A stretch of 63,845 nucleotides of DNA, counting the filler, from Polymyxa betae A26-41 (taxonomy: Eukaryota > Protista > Endomyxa: Phytomyxea), in the NCBI GenBank assembly GCA_003693705.1. It is 8 parts of 8 records of this genome, joined end to end, with 100 filler letters (N's around TTAATTAATTAA, not from the genome) between each part and the next. Parts side by side here need not be neighbours in the genome. Positions count along the whole stretch, not along the records: positions 26,463 to 43,355 come from RBZT01000472.1; positions 43,456 to 49,835 come from RBZT01000272.1; 6 more parts are not named here. One strand, given 5' to 3'. Both the position numbers and the translations under genes were made by a program. Shown here piece after piece: positions 35,228 through 47,769 of the stretch. Position 1 is the stretch's first letter, and each line of letters starts with the position of its first letter. The notes beneath the pieces were generated by a model. That model saw only the letters and a list, made by a program, of their open reading frames with translations, had not been told where the DNA came from and searched no databases.

Positions 35228-37884
35228 TTCGATTCTATCACTTGTGCCAAGCTGCAAATTGACGGCTGGACGGAGCTGAGCTGGTCTTTGCTGATCAACG
35301 CGAGCAGTGAGACCGCCAACAACGTCACCAATCTTTTCCTGGCGCTCAGATGGTTCCATCTCCAAATTCGTGTTGCTGCTGAGTCGTCGCCATCTGGAGC
35401 AGCTCAAAGAGTTCCGAGACCCATTCCTGCTTGTATCTATCAGCAAAGACGTGGATTCCCTCTTATCACTGTCATAATTCGTGGACGATTCGGGGCCGGA
35501 ATCTTTCAGCGACATTTCGGACCAGAGGATTATCAGAACTGGTCTTTCGAGCACTGTACTCAACCTAGTTAGGGTTCTTAGCTCTATAACTTATATTTCT
35601 CAGCACGAAATTGGACAGACTGTTAGCAAGAAGGCGTTTTGGTCGTAGTTAAGGACGTGATGTAGAAACAGGGTAGGGTTTAGAGTTAAGACTTAATGAA
35701 AGTAAGAAACGATCAGAATGCTAACAATCGGATCATGAAATGCATTGATAAGAGCCTAGACGAACGGCCAGAAAGCAATTGTTCTATGCTGAGAGAGAAG
35801 AAGCCTAGCTAGCCGGTTGAGATATTCTTCAGATGTTCTACGATTCTCCTATCATAAACGCCTCATACACTATGTAATGTTACTCACTAACATCTATCGA
35901 TCTCTTTGTTATTGAAAGATTGGCTGAGCCGCCATCACATAGAATCTTGTCGATACAAACGACTATTGTTCACCAAGACCAGGACGATCTGCAGATTCTT
36001 TATTGGCGCAGCAGGGACTGATCAAGGCGCACCTTTAAGCATCAAGACGTTGTCAGAATTTTCTCTTCAAGATTGGTGAACTTTTCGCTTCCATGAAAGA
36101 ATGCTCGGAAACAAGTAAACCGTGAACTTGGAGCTTTCAGATCATTCCTCAAACGCTGTATGCAATCTAGAAATGAGCCCGAGAGTCTTCGTCATGATAA
36201 ATGATAATAGAGGCCGAACATGTCTCGCTTTTTATCATGATCATAGCTGTTGAAAGTTCATTGAGTTGGCACGAGAACCTCCCACTTCTTATCATCATTC
36301 TGTTCGATAAAATTCTGAAGTCAAATCAGCTCGAAAACTTTTCACGTTTTATACTTATTCATCCCTACATTACAACCTCTGGAAAAATAAGCTCGAATTT
36401 TCAAACTTTCTACATCCATCACGGTTGCTGAAATTATACTTGATAGCCTCCCTTCATTCAAAAATATTGTTACAGCTTCAAGCTACTGTTAGCTCAGCTG
36501 AGCAGCCCCAACGAGGAAACCTCACGACATGATGAACGATTCTGAGCAAGATGTTTCCAGATGGCTGGAGTAGCACGACGCCCTGAATGATCGCCAATTG
36601 ATTGTCATTATGGAATGGCATCTCAGAATCATCGATCACAGCAGCTGCTTGAAAAAGCGATAAAAAAACAATTTCTAGATCGCTATTGATCTTTTCAAAC
36701 GTGCCAGCACAACAGCGCGGTTTGCGAGCTCAGTCAGCCAAGCGATGGCGGTGAGATCAAATTCTGATCGTCAGCAGGATATTCTCCAGCTTCAACCAGG
36801 CACAGACCAGACAGCCTAGAAGGAACGGGAAACTGATAGAGGACAATAATGCCGGGAGCCGCCGTGGAGCCCCCCCCCCCCCGGTACGACCGTCTGCCAG
36901 GTAGCCCCGCCTGGCAACGGTCGGCCTGTCTCTAACGGCCACAGTTTATCCAGCTTCAACTGGCAGAATTTGGCGATAGAGCATCTGCCGATATTGGTAG
37001 TATAGGCGACAGAGTTTGCATTTTCGTATGAAAAAGTCAGGAATCACCGATATAGAAGAAACAGAACTTTTACGCTGAAATTTATTGGAGAGCAGGAAAT
37101 TGTATCTTTTCAGGTACAGAGCCCCCTGCTGACAACAATCAACAAAATATTTCGATCCAATCCAATCCTTTTGCATTCATCAATGACTCAAACTATGGGC
37201 GCCCCTGGCAACCTTCTGATGCAGAAGGAAAGATAGCTCAAGCTTAGCATTTTTATTAATGTACGAGTGCCCTATTAACGTATCAAGATGATAGTTATTG
37301 GCAACCGCAAATGATTGGAGTAAAACCGCAAGCATAGGCTTTAACAGGTTTGTTTATTCAAATCGAGTAGACTGAAACCCTACCCCAGTACACAATCACG
37401 GTTGTTCATCGCATTACCTCATCATTCAGCTCGCTATCTATATATATCTGCATTGGTATTTTTGACAGTGGACCCATGAGCTTGGCTACATTGTGAATCT
37501 TCCAAGGCAGACCTTGTACGGGAACAGAGAGAGGCCAGAGAGGGATGAGCTCGATCAAAAACGCATTCTGTTAAGTCGCGCGTACTGTACTGTGGCAAAA
37601 GTGCCGTCTGGCGTTACCATCTACCACTGCCAGTAGGCCACCTCCTCACGGTCGACCTTGTCGCCGCTGCGTCACTGTGACGCAGTTGGCGCCATCTATT
37701 GATAGCGATTGCAAGCCGGGGTGGCCCCATCTACCAGCAGTCAAGTATACCGCACGCATGTCCCTATGACAGTTCGTGAGCGACGCCGATATCATTCCAG
37801 ACAAGACAACTCCTTCTGGCTGTTAGAATGAGCAGTCCACCATGTCGTAACCAGATGCCGGCCATCGTGACCCGGCCCAGGGGG

Positions 37885-38589
37885 ATGTCGGCGCCGGCAG
37901 CGGTCGCCTTCCGCGATGAAGACTCGAAGCAATCCCCGTTCATATAGAAGACCTATGCCATGATTGGGACCCACGAGACTATATGCTGGCTTCCAGATGG
38001 CCTAGGATTCCTGGTTAAGGACGCCAATATACTTGCAGTTGAGGTCCTGCCCAAGATCTTCAAGCATGCGAATTTCGCCAGTTTCGTTCGTCAGCTTCAT
38101 TTCTATGGTTTCTGCAAGGCCACGCTCATGAATGGAGGGTCAGAATTCAGGCACCCGAACTTTCGATATGGTCGTATAGATCTTCTGCATTTGATATCTC
38201 GTAAATCGACAGATACGATCACGAAGCAGCGGCCACAGATTGACGAGCTGGCCCAGCAGGTCATGTATCTTCGCAAGCATAACGAGCATCTGATAATGGA
38301 GCAACGTCGGATGTTACTCTTGACTGGCAACGACCAGGGATGTGCCTTTCAACAGCCGCAGGCACCGATCCCTTTCCGGGCCGATGGTGTTGCCGCTGAA
38401 GGGATGGTATCGGGCGGGATTCCTATTCCGATGGCGGCTTCAGGATTCGCAAAGCAGCCAAACCATGAAGCGATCGTAGCGACTAAGTCACCTATTGTGA
38501 TACCAATGCCAAAAGCCTTTTGCTTCAGTGGAAGTCCTGCCATGCCTTTCTCTCCAGAATCTGCCTTTTCACAATACACATGGTATTAA
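37885..38589 (+). CDS. HSF-type transcription factor (DNA-binding domain + short coiled coil) with in-frame TAG at 37945-37947
   Basis: MSAPAAVAFRDEDSKQSPFI*KTYAMI..ICWLPDG..LPKIFKHANFASFVRQLHFYGFCK..FRHPNFRYGRIDLLHLISRK. Confidence 0.9.
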
Positions 38590-39329
38590 ACAGAAGATTG
38601 ATTCTTTCGATGTGTTAGAGTAGTACTTCGCATTACAGCTCCCTGAGTTTTGTTCTCATTAAATTATGATTTTCTGATTAATGTTCGGACCATGGTGGGC
38701 AGGAATGGTCTTGTTGAACAGAACCATTTTAGTCTTTTTTCAATGTGAGGTGTGAATATGTCCCTGCGATAAAGATTGCCTGTGGATTACGAGAAACTTG
38801 ACTATGATATCGTTCACTCAATGAAACCAACGATGATTCGAATGTATTTTTTTCATGAAGATTTAGAATCAGGTGAGTGCTACAGTTTCCGAAAACAAAT
38901 TATAAATAGACATTCACAATTCTCTGCAGTAGCAGCACTGAGCTGGGTAAAATGAAAAAAAAGGAAGAAAATTCTTGTCTATATTTACCCCCCTCTACTG
39001 TAGAGCACGCCAATGTATTCCCCAATCGTCCAGAAATCCAAAAAACCCTAGATCGATTATCTTCGCTAGAATCCGCAAGATATCATGATGACTTGGATCC
39101 GAAGAGTGCCATGCGAGCAACCATGACGCCCGAAAACGTACCTGCGGAGCTCCCTGCTCTCACTTTACCGTCGTCGGCCCACCAACACCGACATTCAAAG
39201 ATCAAGTTTCCAAGATCGGAGGTCGTCTTCGGGCGAAGGGGAGAAGAGGGTCCCGTGTCGTGAGACAGGAGGTCGCGCCCCCTTCCCCTCGCAGCTTTTC
39301 AACATCATCACTGCCTGCTCTCTTCGTCA

Positions 39330-42300
39330 ATGCAGAATGAAGAGACGACCCCAGACGATACTAGACATGATGAGATTCTTGCGCTGCAACTATACTTATC
39401 GCAGGGTATCAGCATTGGCGACGATGAGGACGCTGGCGATGCCCAATCGCTATTGCAATCGCATGCGACCGATTCGGATCTGAATGATGCCTATTTGGAT
39501 AAGCTTTTGAATGACGACGATATTGGTGCTGCTATCGATTCGGTTTTGGTTGAGGAGCCGCTCCAGGACGAAGAGGCAAACCGCGACTTCAGCGACCCGA
39601 GCCTTGAATCAACATTTCGGACCGTACTGGTTGAAAATCTGCCACCAAGCAAGCCTATAAAAAGGCTGAAGACCTTACTGGAGGACCACAAATGTCCTTC
39701 TCCTGAAAAAGTAGGTTTTTTTCACAAAGTTTCTAATTTGCTTCTTCCCTATTTCTTTAAAGTATTGCATTGCTTTTCTTTATTTTTCCACTACCATTGC
39801 TCAGATCTTCAACATCTCTCTCATTTTATTTTATACCTAACCTTTTGGCCTAATTTTTGTGGTAATGTTCATCTTTTGCTTTGTTAATCTAACGCTGCGA
39901 TTTGCTGGATAGATTGTATCGATATTTGGTGACGGTAATAAGCCGCGTCGTGTAATCATACGATTTGTGGATCCTGAAGCAGCTGCTGACGTTGTTAAAT
40001 GCAATGGTGCTATTTGTATGGGAAGAGAAGTTTCGTTCCGACTCTATAATCCTGTCGAAGATGCTTTAAGTAACTTGCGATCTTTTGAGGTGCGTCGCGC
40101 TTTGAACTATTTTCCTAATATGTGCTTCGTGTTTATCTCAACAACTCTCTTTTCATTTCTTATGATTTGCGCTTTTCTCGTTAAATTATATTTCTCTAGA
40201 AGCTGCCAAAAAGTCCTCTAATTGGTTTCGATTTATAAGATGTGTCTCGCTTTCAGCAAAATACCAAGTTTTTCATTGCTTTTATAAGATATTGTTTGTT
40301 CGGCTGTAGTCCCTATGTTTACTTTTCAAAATTATTTACTAGTTTTCATCTCCAGCCTGTATCGCCAAGAAGTCAAGAGCTGCTGGATTGTTATCTGGTT
40401 ACATTGACTGAGATCCTCGAGCGCCACTATAAAGCCAGCAAGCCCACCGAGGCGGTTCATACCAAGCGGGAACTGGTATGGAATCACGATTGCCTCAAGT
40501 ATCGTCTTCTCGCTGTAACATGGCGTAGCTGTTCTCGGAACTTGACAAGGTCTTGAACGAATCTGAAGTCTTCTCTAAGTTGGTCAAACACGTGGATTAT
40601 CTTCCTGATGGTATCAATGGATCTTTTTCTAGCCGTCTTCCTCTGAGAATGCTCTTTAGATGGATCGCCGGCTTTGAAACTAGAGTTATTTGGTTCTGTG
40701 CCCTCTTTGTTCTCGTCGCGAACATCAGATCTGGATATCAGCATTGTCGGCGAATCTCTTGATTCGCTCGCTGTTCTTAAGTAGGTTTTATGGCTTAATG
40801 CTTTCCTCTTCTTATACCTGTAAGGGAATGGATTCGCGTCCTTCGACGAAGACGTTTGGGTCGACTGCAGTTTATCGGAAGAGGTTTGGTTTCTTCTCAC
40901 AACCTTTTTGGTATTTTTTCATTTGCTGTAGCCCGGGTTCCGGTAATCAAGCTGAATCATTATGCGACCAATCTGGAAGTGGATTTCACGGTCAAGGACG
41001 ACGTTGTTAATCAAAGATTAAAGACCTGGTTTTTGCAGGCGTGCGCTCGCAAAGACGATCGTGCTGTGAAGCTTGTCTTGCTAATCAAGGTGATTGACTG
41101 CGGCCGTCTATATAGCTTTTCTAGTTTCGTTTTTGCAATTGCTGTTTATATTTTGCTCTTTCACTCTCTGATCTTTTATTGATTCGTTGTCACTTAATCC
41201 TGTTTATCTCTCTAACCGTTTGGATCTTTAGTTCTGGAGTAAGCAAAGAAACATCGGTGATGCTTCAACCGGCACTCTAAATTCGTTCGGTTTCACCTTG
41301 CTCGTGATTCATTTCCTTCAATGTGGCTGCGGTGACCGGCCGGTATTGCCAAAGGTCATTCTTGATGGCCCCATCGATTTGCCCACCGATCGTTCCAATC
41401 CATTCCAAACGGAGTCTTTCATGCAATGGCGAAGTCAAAACATAAACACCATTGGTATGCTAGTCTTTTAATTTCATATGATCTTTTCTATCTCTATTGC
41501 CTGTTCTTTCTTACTCTATCGCTTTTGCAGTAATATTGAAGTGAATACTCAGGCGAGTTGCTCTATGGATTTTTCGAATATTACGCCACGTCTTGGGATG
41601 TTACTTCCGAAATTATCAGTGTTCGCGATTGCAGACGAATTCCCATGCCATTGCCATTACGACCTGGAAAGTTTCATAAGACTCAACAATGGATGATGGT
41701 CATCCAAGATCCGTTCGATCGTCACGATAATGTTGCTCGCAATGTCAGCAAGGTCAGAATCATTTCTGCTTGATAGTTTCTTCACAACGACGACTCTTTT
41801 CTTTATATGGTTTAGCTCCGTTCCGATCAGTGTGGGATTTAGGATGCTGCAAAGCGAATCATTACCGAGATGCGAAGAGCGTATGATATGATGCGCCACT
41901 GTTCACCTTGGACTAAAATCTGTGAGAAAGTGCTGGAGGCACGACCAAAACCGCGACCATTCCAGGGTCCTGCAAAATCGATTGAACATGCTTCGAACGG
42001 CAAATGGAAAAAGAAGCCTGCTCCCACTCAATCTGCCCGAAAGGTTCCATCTGCGCAGATTCAGCCAACTTCGAACGTAGGTGATTGTCATGATTTTATA
42101 TTCGCTTCCGATTCTTTAGGTTTTGTTATTTGACTTTGAATCAGTGCCCATATTATTCTGTCATTTACATCTGCGAGCTCATGTTTAAACTGGGATACCC
42201 GGTCGAAATTCTTTCAGTAGTTTATGATTTGTCTCTTTCTGAATGTTATGCTAAAGAATGATGATAAGTCTGGTCAGGAGAACAAATCCAGACAACATAT

Positions 42301-42880
42301 CGATACTGGTAGACCAGACGATACACGCAAGGCGCGGCGGTCTCAGAAATCTCAGAAGAATCCAACAAGGCATTCAATAGGCAATGCTGTTCACGATGAA
42401 GACCACGATGTTGCAAATAATGGGATGCCACAACAGACAAGTTCAGACAATACTTTTTCCAAGCGTTTAAATGGCGATGCTGCTCAAAATGGTGTATTCG
42501 AGCCTGCAAGTCACTCGGAAGAGGTTAAACAGGATGAAGAGAAAGAAAATATCGGCAATATGCCGGTTTCGGATAGGAGTCGCCGAGCCAAGAGAAGAGA
42601 AAGGCTTCGTAATGCGCAATCCGCCGCGCAACAGATCGTCACTGTGGTCCTGGATGCTGATGCTGTTACACATCCAACTCCGCCCAAGAAGCAGAAGAAA
42701 AAGAGAAAGCCAACACATCCTGCTGCCAATGGTAATAACACTCCTGTTTTAGTTACTCTTTTCGATTGGTTCTTCCACTTCTGTGGCCTCTCTTGTTGGC
42801 AAATTTCACATTTAGTGATATTTTTGTTCCTGGATATTGATACGGGTTATGTTCGTAGCTTCCGCCGATCCTGTCGTTGA
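39330..42880 (+). CDS. Cid1/GLD-2/TUT-family terminal nucleotidyltransferase with N-terminal RRM, multi-exon (3' end approximate)
   Basis: RTVLVENLP (RNP2-like), LFGS...SDLDISI, ARVPVIKL..EVDF, KLVLLIKFWSKQRNIGDASTGTLNSFGFTLLVIHFLQ, LLYGFFEYYA, IQDPFDRHDNVARNVS. Confidence 0.9.
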
Positions 42881-43355
42881 ACCAGATCTCCAAGAAAGCT
42901 GATTCATTCAATTTCAAAAGTGAAAACAAAACTTACTCCCTTGTCTATTCTACATTTGACTGTCTAAAAATGATATTCTATAAAACCAACATTTTGGTAA
43001 GATGGTGTGGTGTCTGATTGGTATTGTTATGAAGACCAGAATTCTTTAAATCGTTGTTCGTAAAAACCAATTTCTTTAAACTTTTACTCGTCAATCCTCA
43101 TAATCCGTGTCCTCTAATTGTGGTGGAGGATACAAAAAAGTGTGCAATCAAATTCGCAACTGTATGCTGGATGGTAGGGCTCGATCTTGTAGTCAACCGC
43201 CAAGCATTTCACGAAAGCCGCCGGAATGTATTTGTACGCCTTGAAAAAGAGCCGGCTTCAGCGTGAACCAAATCTTTTTCAGCCTCAAACACCAGCAGGT
43301 CCACAGAAACCGAACTTGCGGAAAGCGATGCTGCATTCCATCATTTCCCTCATTT

Positions 43356-43455
43356 NNNNNNNNNNNNNNNNNNNNNNNNNNNNNNNNNNNNNNNNNNNNT
43401 TAATTAATTAANNNNNNNNNNNNNNNNNNNNNNNNNNNNNNNNNNNNNNNNNNNN
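43356..43455. other. Artificial contig linker
   Basis: N44-TTAATTAATTAA-N44. Confidence 0.98.
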
Positions 43456-43974
43456 GGCGAATGACACCGTGGATGACATCGATGCGGCCAGAATCCTGCT
43501 CAGGTTCCAGTCTTTATGAGAGAGCTTCTTCATCCAAAATTAAATCGCTTAAAAAATTGCAAAACGTCTGAAAGTTGGAGCTCGCGGACGTGCTACGAGG
43601 GCTTCTGCCGAATAAGGTTCAGGACGACATGGTCCAGTACGGTGTCTGTATAGGGACGTTATATGCGAGATTAAGATATAGCATGAAGGGCTTCAACAAA
43701 ATAAGAGACTTTATCCTCGAACCGACTTAATGTCGAAGCCTGCGGTTGAGCGAGATTCGTGTCGTATTTCCAAATTCCGAATTTCGTCGTACAGATCAGG
43801 GATGGTGCCGAACTGGCCCTCTCTGCCTGGTTTTACGGCTGTATATACTTAAATAAGTTTGAGAAATAGAGTGGCGAACAAATTTAATCAATTGAAGCTG
43901 CTGAGACACAGAAAGGTTTTGATCGATGCAGACTTCGATCCTCGCAACCATATCATGATCTTCATACAAACAGA

Positions 43975-45251
43975 TTATTCAATTCTGGGTATTTTACAGG
44001 GATTGGCGCAATCTGATCGAACAGATCCATTCAGACTATCAATCACATATTTCTTCATATCAGGACCTTCACATTCCATCTCATCTATGTAGACATCTTC
44101 CAGCGTTTCCTCCGGACAATCCAGCAAAAAATCGATGATGTCACGCCGAGCGCCGTACTGGACCGCCGCTTCCAGCAACTCGCCTGGCAAATGTCCCAGT
44201 GCCCATGAAAACGTCGCGTATTTCGATAATGTACGAAACATAGGGAACTGCTTCTCTTGTAGCGACTTCATCATAAGAGGGAGTCCACCCCAATCATCAT
44301 GAAGCCATTCCTGGACGGAATGGAGCCCGAACAGAATGCGAAACATTTCGGATCATCTTCGGAAACCCACGGTCCAATGATATTTTCAAATCTGCAATAA
44401 CGAGCCCATGGGGACAGAAATGGGGCGACGCGCTCAAATTGGGTCGCCGATAACGACATGATATTCAAATATTCGGTGATTTCAAAACGAATTCCGATTT
44501 TTGCCAACGACCATAAAACTTCTGGATCCAGCAGTAATCCGCTGTCAGAAAATTCTTTCAATGAAACAGTGTCGATGTCTGAACTATTGTGGACTTTCAC
44601 ATGCAAGCTGATAATGTCGTTTTCGAAGACCGAAGCCCAGACAGCTTTTCGAAACTCGCATTGAACCCGAACCTTGCCAAAGCTATCATGTAGAAATTTC
44701 CGAACAATTTTGTCAATATCCGGATGGACTTGAATCCGAATTCGGCCTTTTTCTTTCGGGATTCGGAAGCGTTTATAGATGGCCTGTATGGTTCTTCCTC
44801 TAATTGATCCTTCTCTGTTCTTCATATCGATATAGATTCCCGGGACACTATCTTGGAATAAATCCATCTGAAAAACTTTGATAAAATCGGCGAATTCTGC
44901 GGGGAAATGTTTTTCGGTCAAAACTTGATCTACAAGCCGAATCGCACCCTGAAAAGAATCACAATTTCGAACCAGAGTGATAGTAGAAGGATCGGAGCGG
45001 GCGAGTACGGTCAGCTGTTTGAGGATTTTGGTGGTATCGTTGAGATAGGCGGGAAAATCGGAGACGAAGAGGCGAGAGATACAGAAATGCGGACGAAAGG
45101 TGCGATGGAATCGCTTGCAGACAAACATGAGGTGATGGAGAGATCTGGCATCGGAGAATAAACCGATTAGATCCAGCAGGGCGTCTGGCAGATCTATCAG
45201 CTGAACAGCATTGACATGACAATCAGATGATGTCCATTCAGTAGGGCGCAC
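43975..45251 (-). pseudogene. F-box protein, frameshifted near 44300-44350, ankyrin-like C-terminus
   Basis: LIDLPDALLDLIGLFSDARSLHHLMFVCKRF is an F-box. The downstream ORF 43975-44346 has LLEAAVQYGARRDIIDFLL in a different frame. Confidence 0.75.
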
Positions 45252-46241
45252 TTTTTATCATGAAATCATTCAAAATCGGTGTATTTTCAAGTCTCTTTTT
45301 CTCACGCACATTTTTTGTCTGTCTAAAAACAGTCCCATTTTACGACATAAGTTGCAGATAACGAACGACCTCCCCAACCTATGCACATTGTTTTACTCAA
45401 AGAATCACTTTCTATAGATTTGCGTTTCCATCTGAGTTTTGTTTCATCTTGTGAATTTGCTTTGCAACTTCGACTGCCATTCCAGGCAATCTGTAATTCC
45501 GGATATAATGATCTATAACTGGAGTATTTTCAGTTACAATACGGGTTTTCACGGTTTTTCAGCATCAAAAGCTTAGGTAACTTGGAATAAATCAGCAATG
45601 TTCAACAAAGCAGATTTGCCAACACGCGTTCAATATTTTGATCGCAAAATAACAAACATAAATATAGATGTGAAGATACAGAAAGATAACAGCGATCCGC
45701 TACTCAACAGAATACGAAAATATCATACACGAGCTTGAATCCACTTGAGGAACATTGCATGAAATTAGAAGGTCAATATCGTCATGATAATCGATACACA
45801 GACACGATTGAGCATCAATTCATCAAATGCAAAGAATATGAGAAAACTCATAAAAAGTTTCGATTGGAAAACACTCAGATGGGGATCACAGACTTAGATA
45901 CATAACTCTATCTACAAGAGTAATCTAGAAGTTGGTTCAAGTGTGTGGCTTCTACTTTATGGCCGTTTCCTTTTTGGGTCTTGTGACTTGGGCCTCGGAG
46001 ATACTGGAATCTTTCGCCAAAACACTGATAAATCCCAGACATTTCAGTTAACAAAAGGGAGACGAAAAGAAGAAAGAAGAGAGCCCCCCACCTGAGGGAA
46101 CGCAGAATGTTCGATTCCCGGCACTTGGCCTGTTATGTCCAACATATAACTAGATAGAGTGTATGAACATAGTGTCATACATATTTAGTGAAGTCCGAAC
46201 CCGCTCCTTACTCGATCTCTCATAGATTTTGTCCTAATATA

Positions 46242-47471
46242 ATGACAGCGGTGCTAATTGTAACGATGATTCTGGTGGCGGTGTCGGCCATGAACATCGA
46301 GCATGAGGGATGCTGCTTCAAGAGCTCCCAGGACCCGAACCGTGCCCGGTTCACTCGTAATGAGATCCTCGAGGACTCCTCTCCTAATGAGATTCTGGAA
46401 GCAGTATTCCGCCATGCCAGGCCGGACCCGTTCCTAATGGGAAGGCTCGCGCTGGTCGACAAGGCACATTTCGGAATGGTCCGGGAGCTCCTCCCCTGAG
46501 CCGGATCGTTATCCAGCTACCAACCTCCAGAGACAATTTCATCCGTGACATCAAATGGCTGATCAATATATGCAGAGATCGACTGAGTAATGTCGCCATC
46601 TTGAACGATTTCTTAACAGAAGAGACGGCGCCTCTGTTCATGTATAGGCTCCTGTATATTGTTATACATAATCCTGATGTGATCATAAACCTATTCGACC
46701 TGATCGGAGAGACCAAATCGAATTGACGCCTGGATGGGTCCTGGTCGTCCATCGCCGCTTCTGGCTGTCCTTAAAAAATGCGAACGACCCTGTAAGACTG
46801 ATGTGCCTTCATCTGCTGAACAAAACTCCCTCCAAATGCGTCTATCACTCTATCAATGATATTCCGTCTGATATTCTCAACACAGTCCTTCATTATGAGG
46901 ACCTCACTCCTGCCAATCTTCATTGTCGGTTTTTGATGACTTGTCCGTAATCTCCGAGGAGCATGGTCACCATCTCCGAGCACGGCCCATACTGGCCCGT
47001 CATCTGTTCTTCCTCGGAATGCCGATATATCTGGACAAGGTTGTGATCAAGGAGTTCACGGTCTCCGAGCTGCGCGCCCTTCTGCCCTTCGCCCTTTACG
47101 TCCTCGAAGCTTTAGCGAAACAGATCGATAATCTGATCAGATTTGGGCGCTCCGATCTCATCTCCGTCATATTGGAATCCGAGGCGTTCTCCTCTTCGCT
47201 CTACTACTTCTTTCAGCAGTGCTTTTGGCTCAATCAAATCGTCCGCTCTCTAATCGAAGCCGAGGGCCTGCATGACTTGCTACGCATGCTGCTGAAAGCG
47301 CTGCTACCAGACGGATGGATTTCCACGGACGATTATTCGTGGTGCCCTTCTCTGCACCTGGCCGTACAGGCTGGTAATGTTGGAGCTGTTCGTGTATTGT
47401 TGGAGTTCCCGGACTTGATTAAGACCGACAGGGTCGATAACTTCGGTCGTACTGCTCGATCTTGTGTTTAA
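46242..47471 (+). pseudogene. Disrupted secreted protein: signal peptide + F-box-like motif + C-terminal ankyrin repeat
   Basis: MTAVLIVTMILVAVSA; SPNEILEAVFRH..RLALVDK; PSLHLAVQAGNVGAVRVLL..DRVDNFGRTA. Frameshifts or stops at ~46497, ~46725 and ~46925. Confidence 0.75.
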
Positions 47472-47769
47472 CGAAATAATGTATTTTTAAGTCCCCATAC
47501 TTATAATACATCTGTACTTCATATATTATATAGAGGATGAGATTGATAGGCTGAGTGTTATGTATTGTACAAATACTGCAAATGTTTCGGATTTTTAAAA
47601 CATGAAGAACATCAAATCGTCCTTCTGTATTGATCCTGGATCTAAGATGTAACAATATCGATTTCTGTATCTTCATCAATTAATGAGGATTGAGAATATC
47701 CGGACTTCTATCTATAGCCTGACATCTTCTCATTCATTTCAATTCTGTTAAAATTTCAATTATTTCAGT

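Noticed and set aside
37945-37947. Genome-wide stop-codon reassignment
   Set aside because: I saw no internal stops in the conserved exons of DNAI2, LSG1, ADH or RMT2, and TAA, TAG and TGA are all used as terminators.
43226-43355. LQREPNLF peptide shared with ORF 32941-33207
   Set aside because: Only 8 residues match and the flanks are unrelated; treated as chance.
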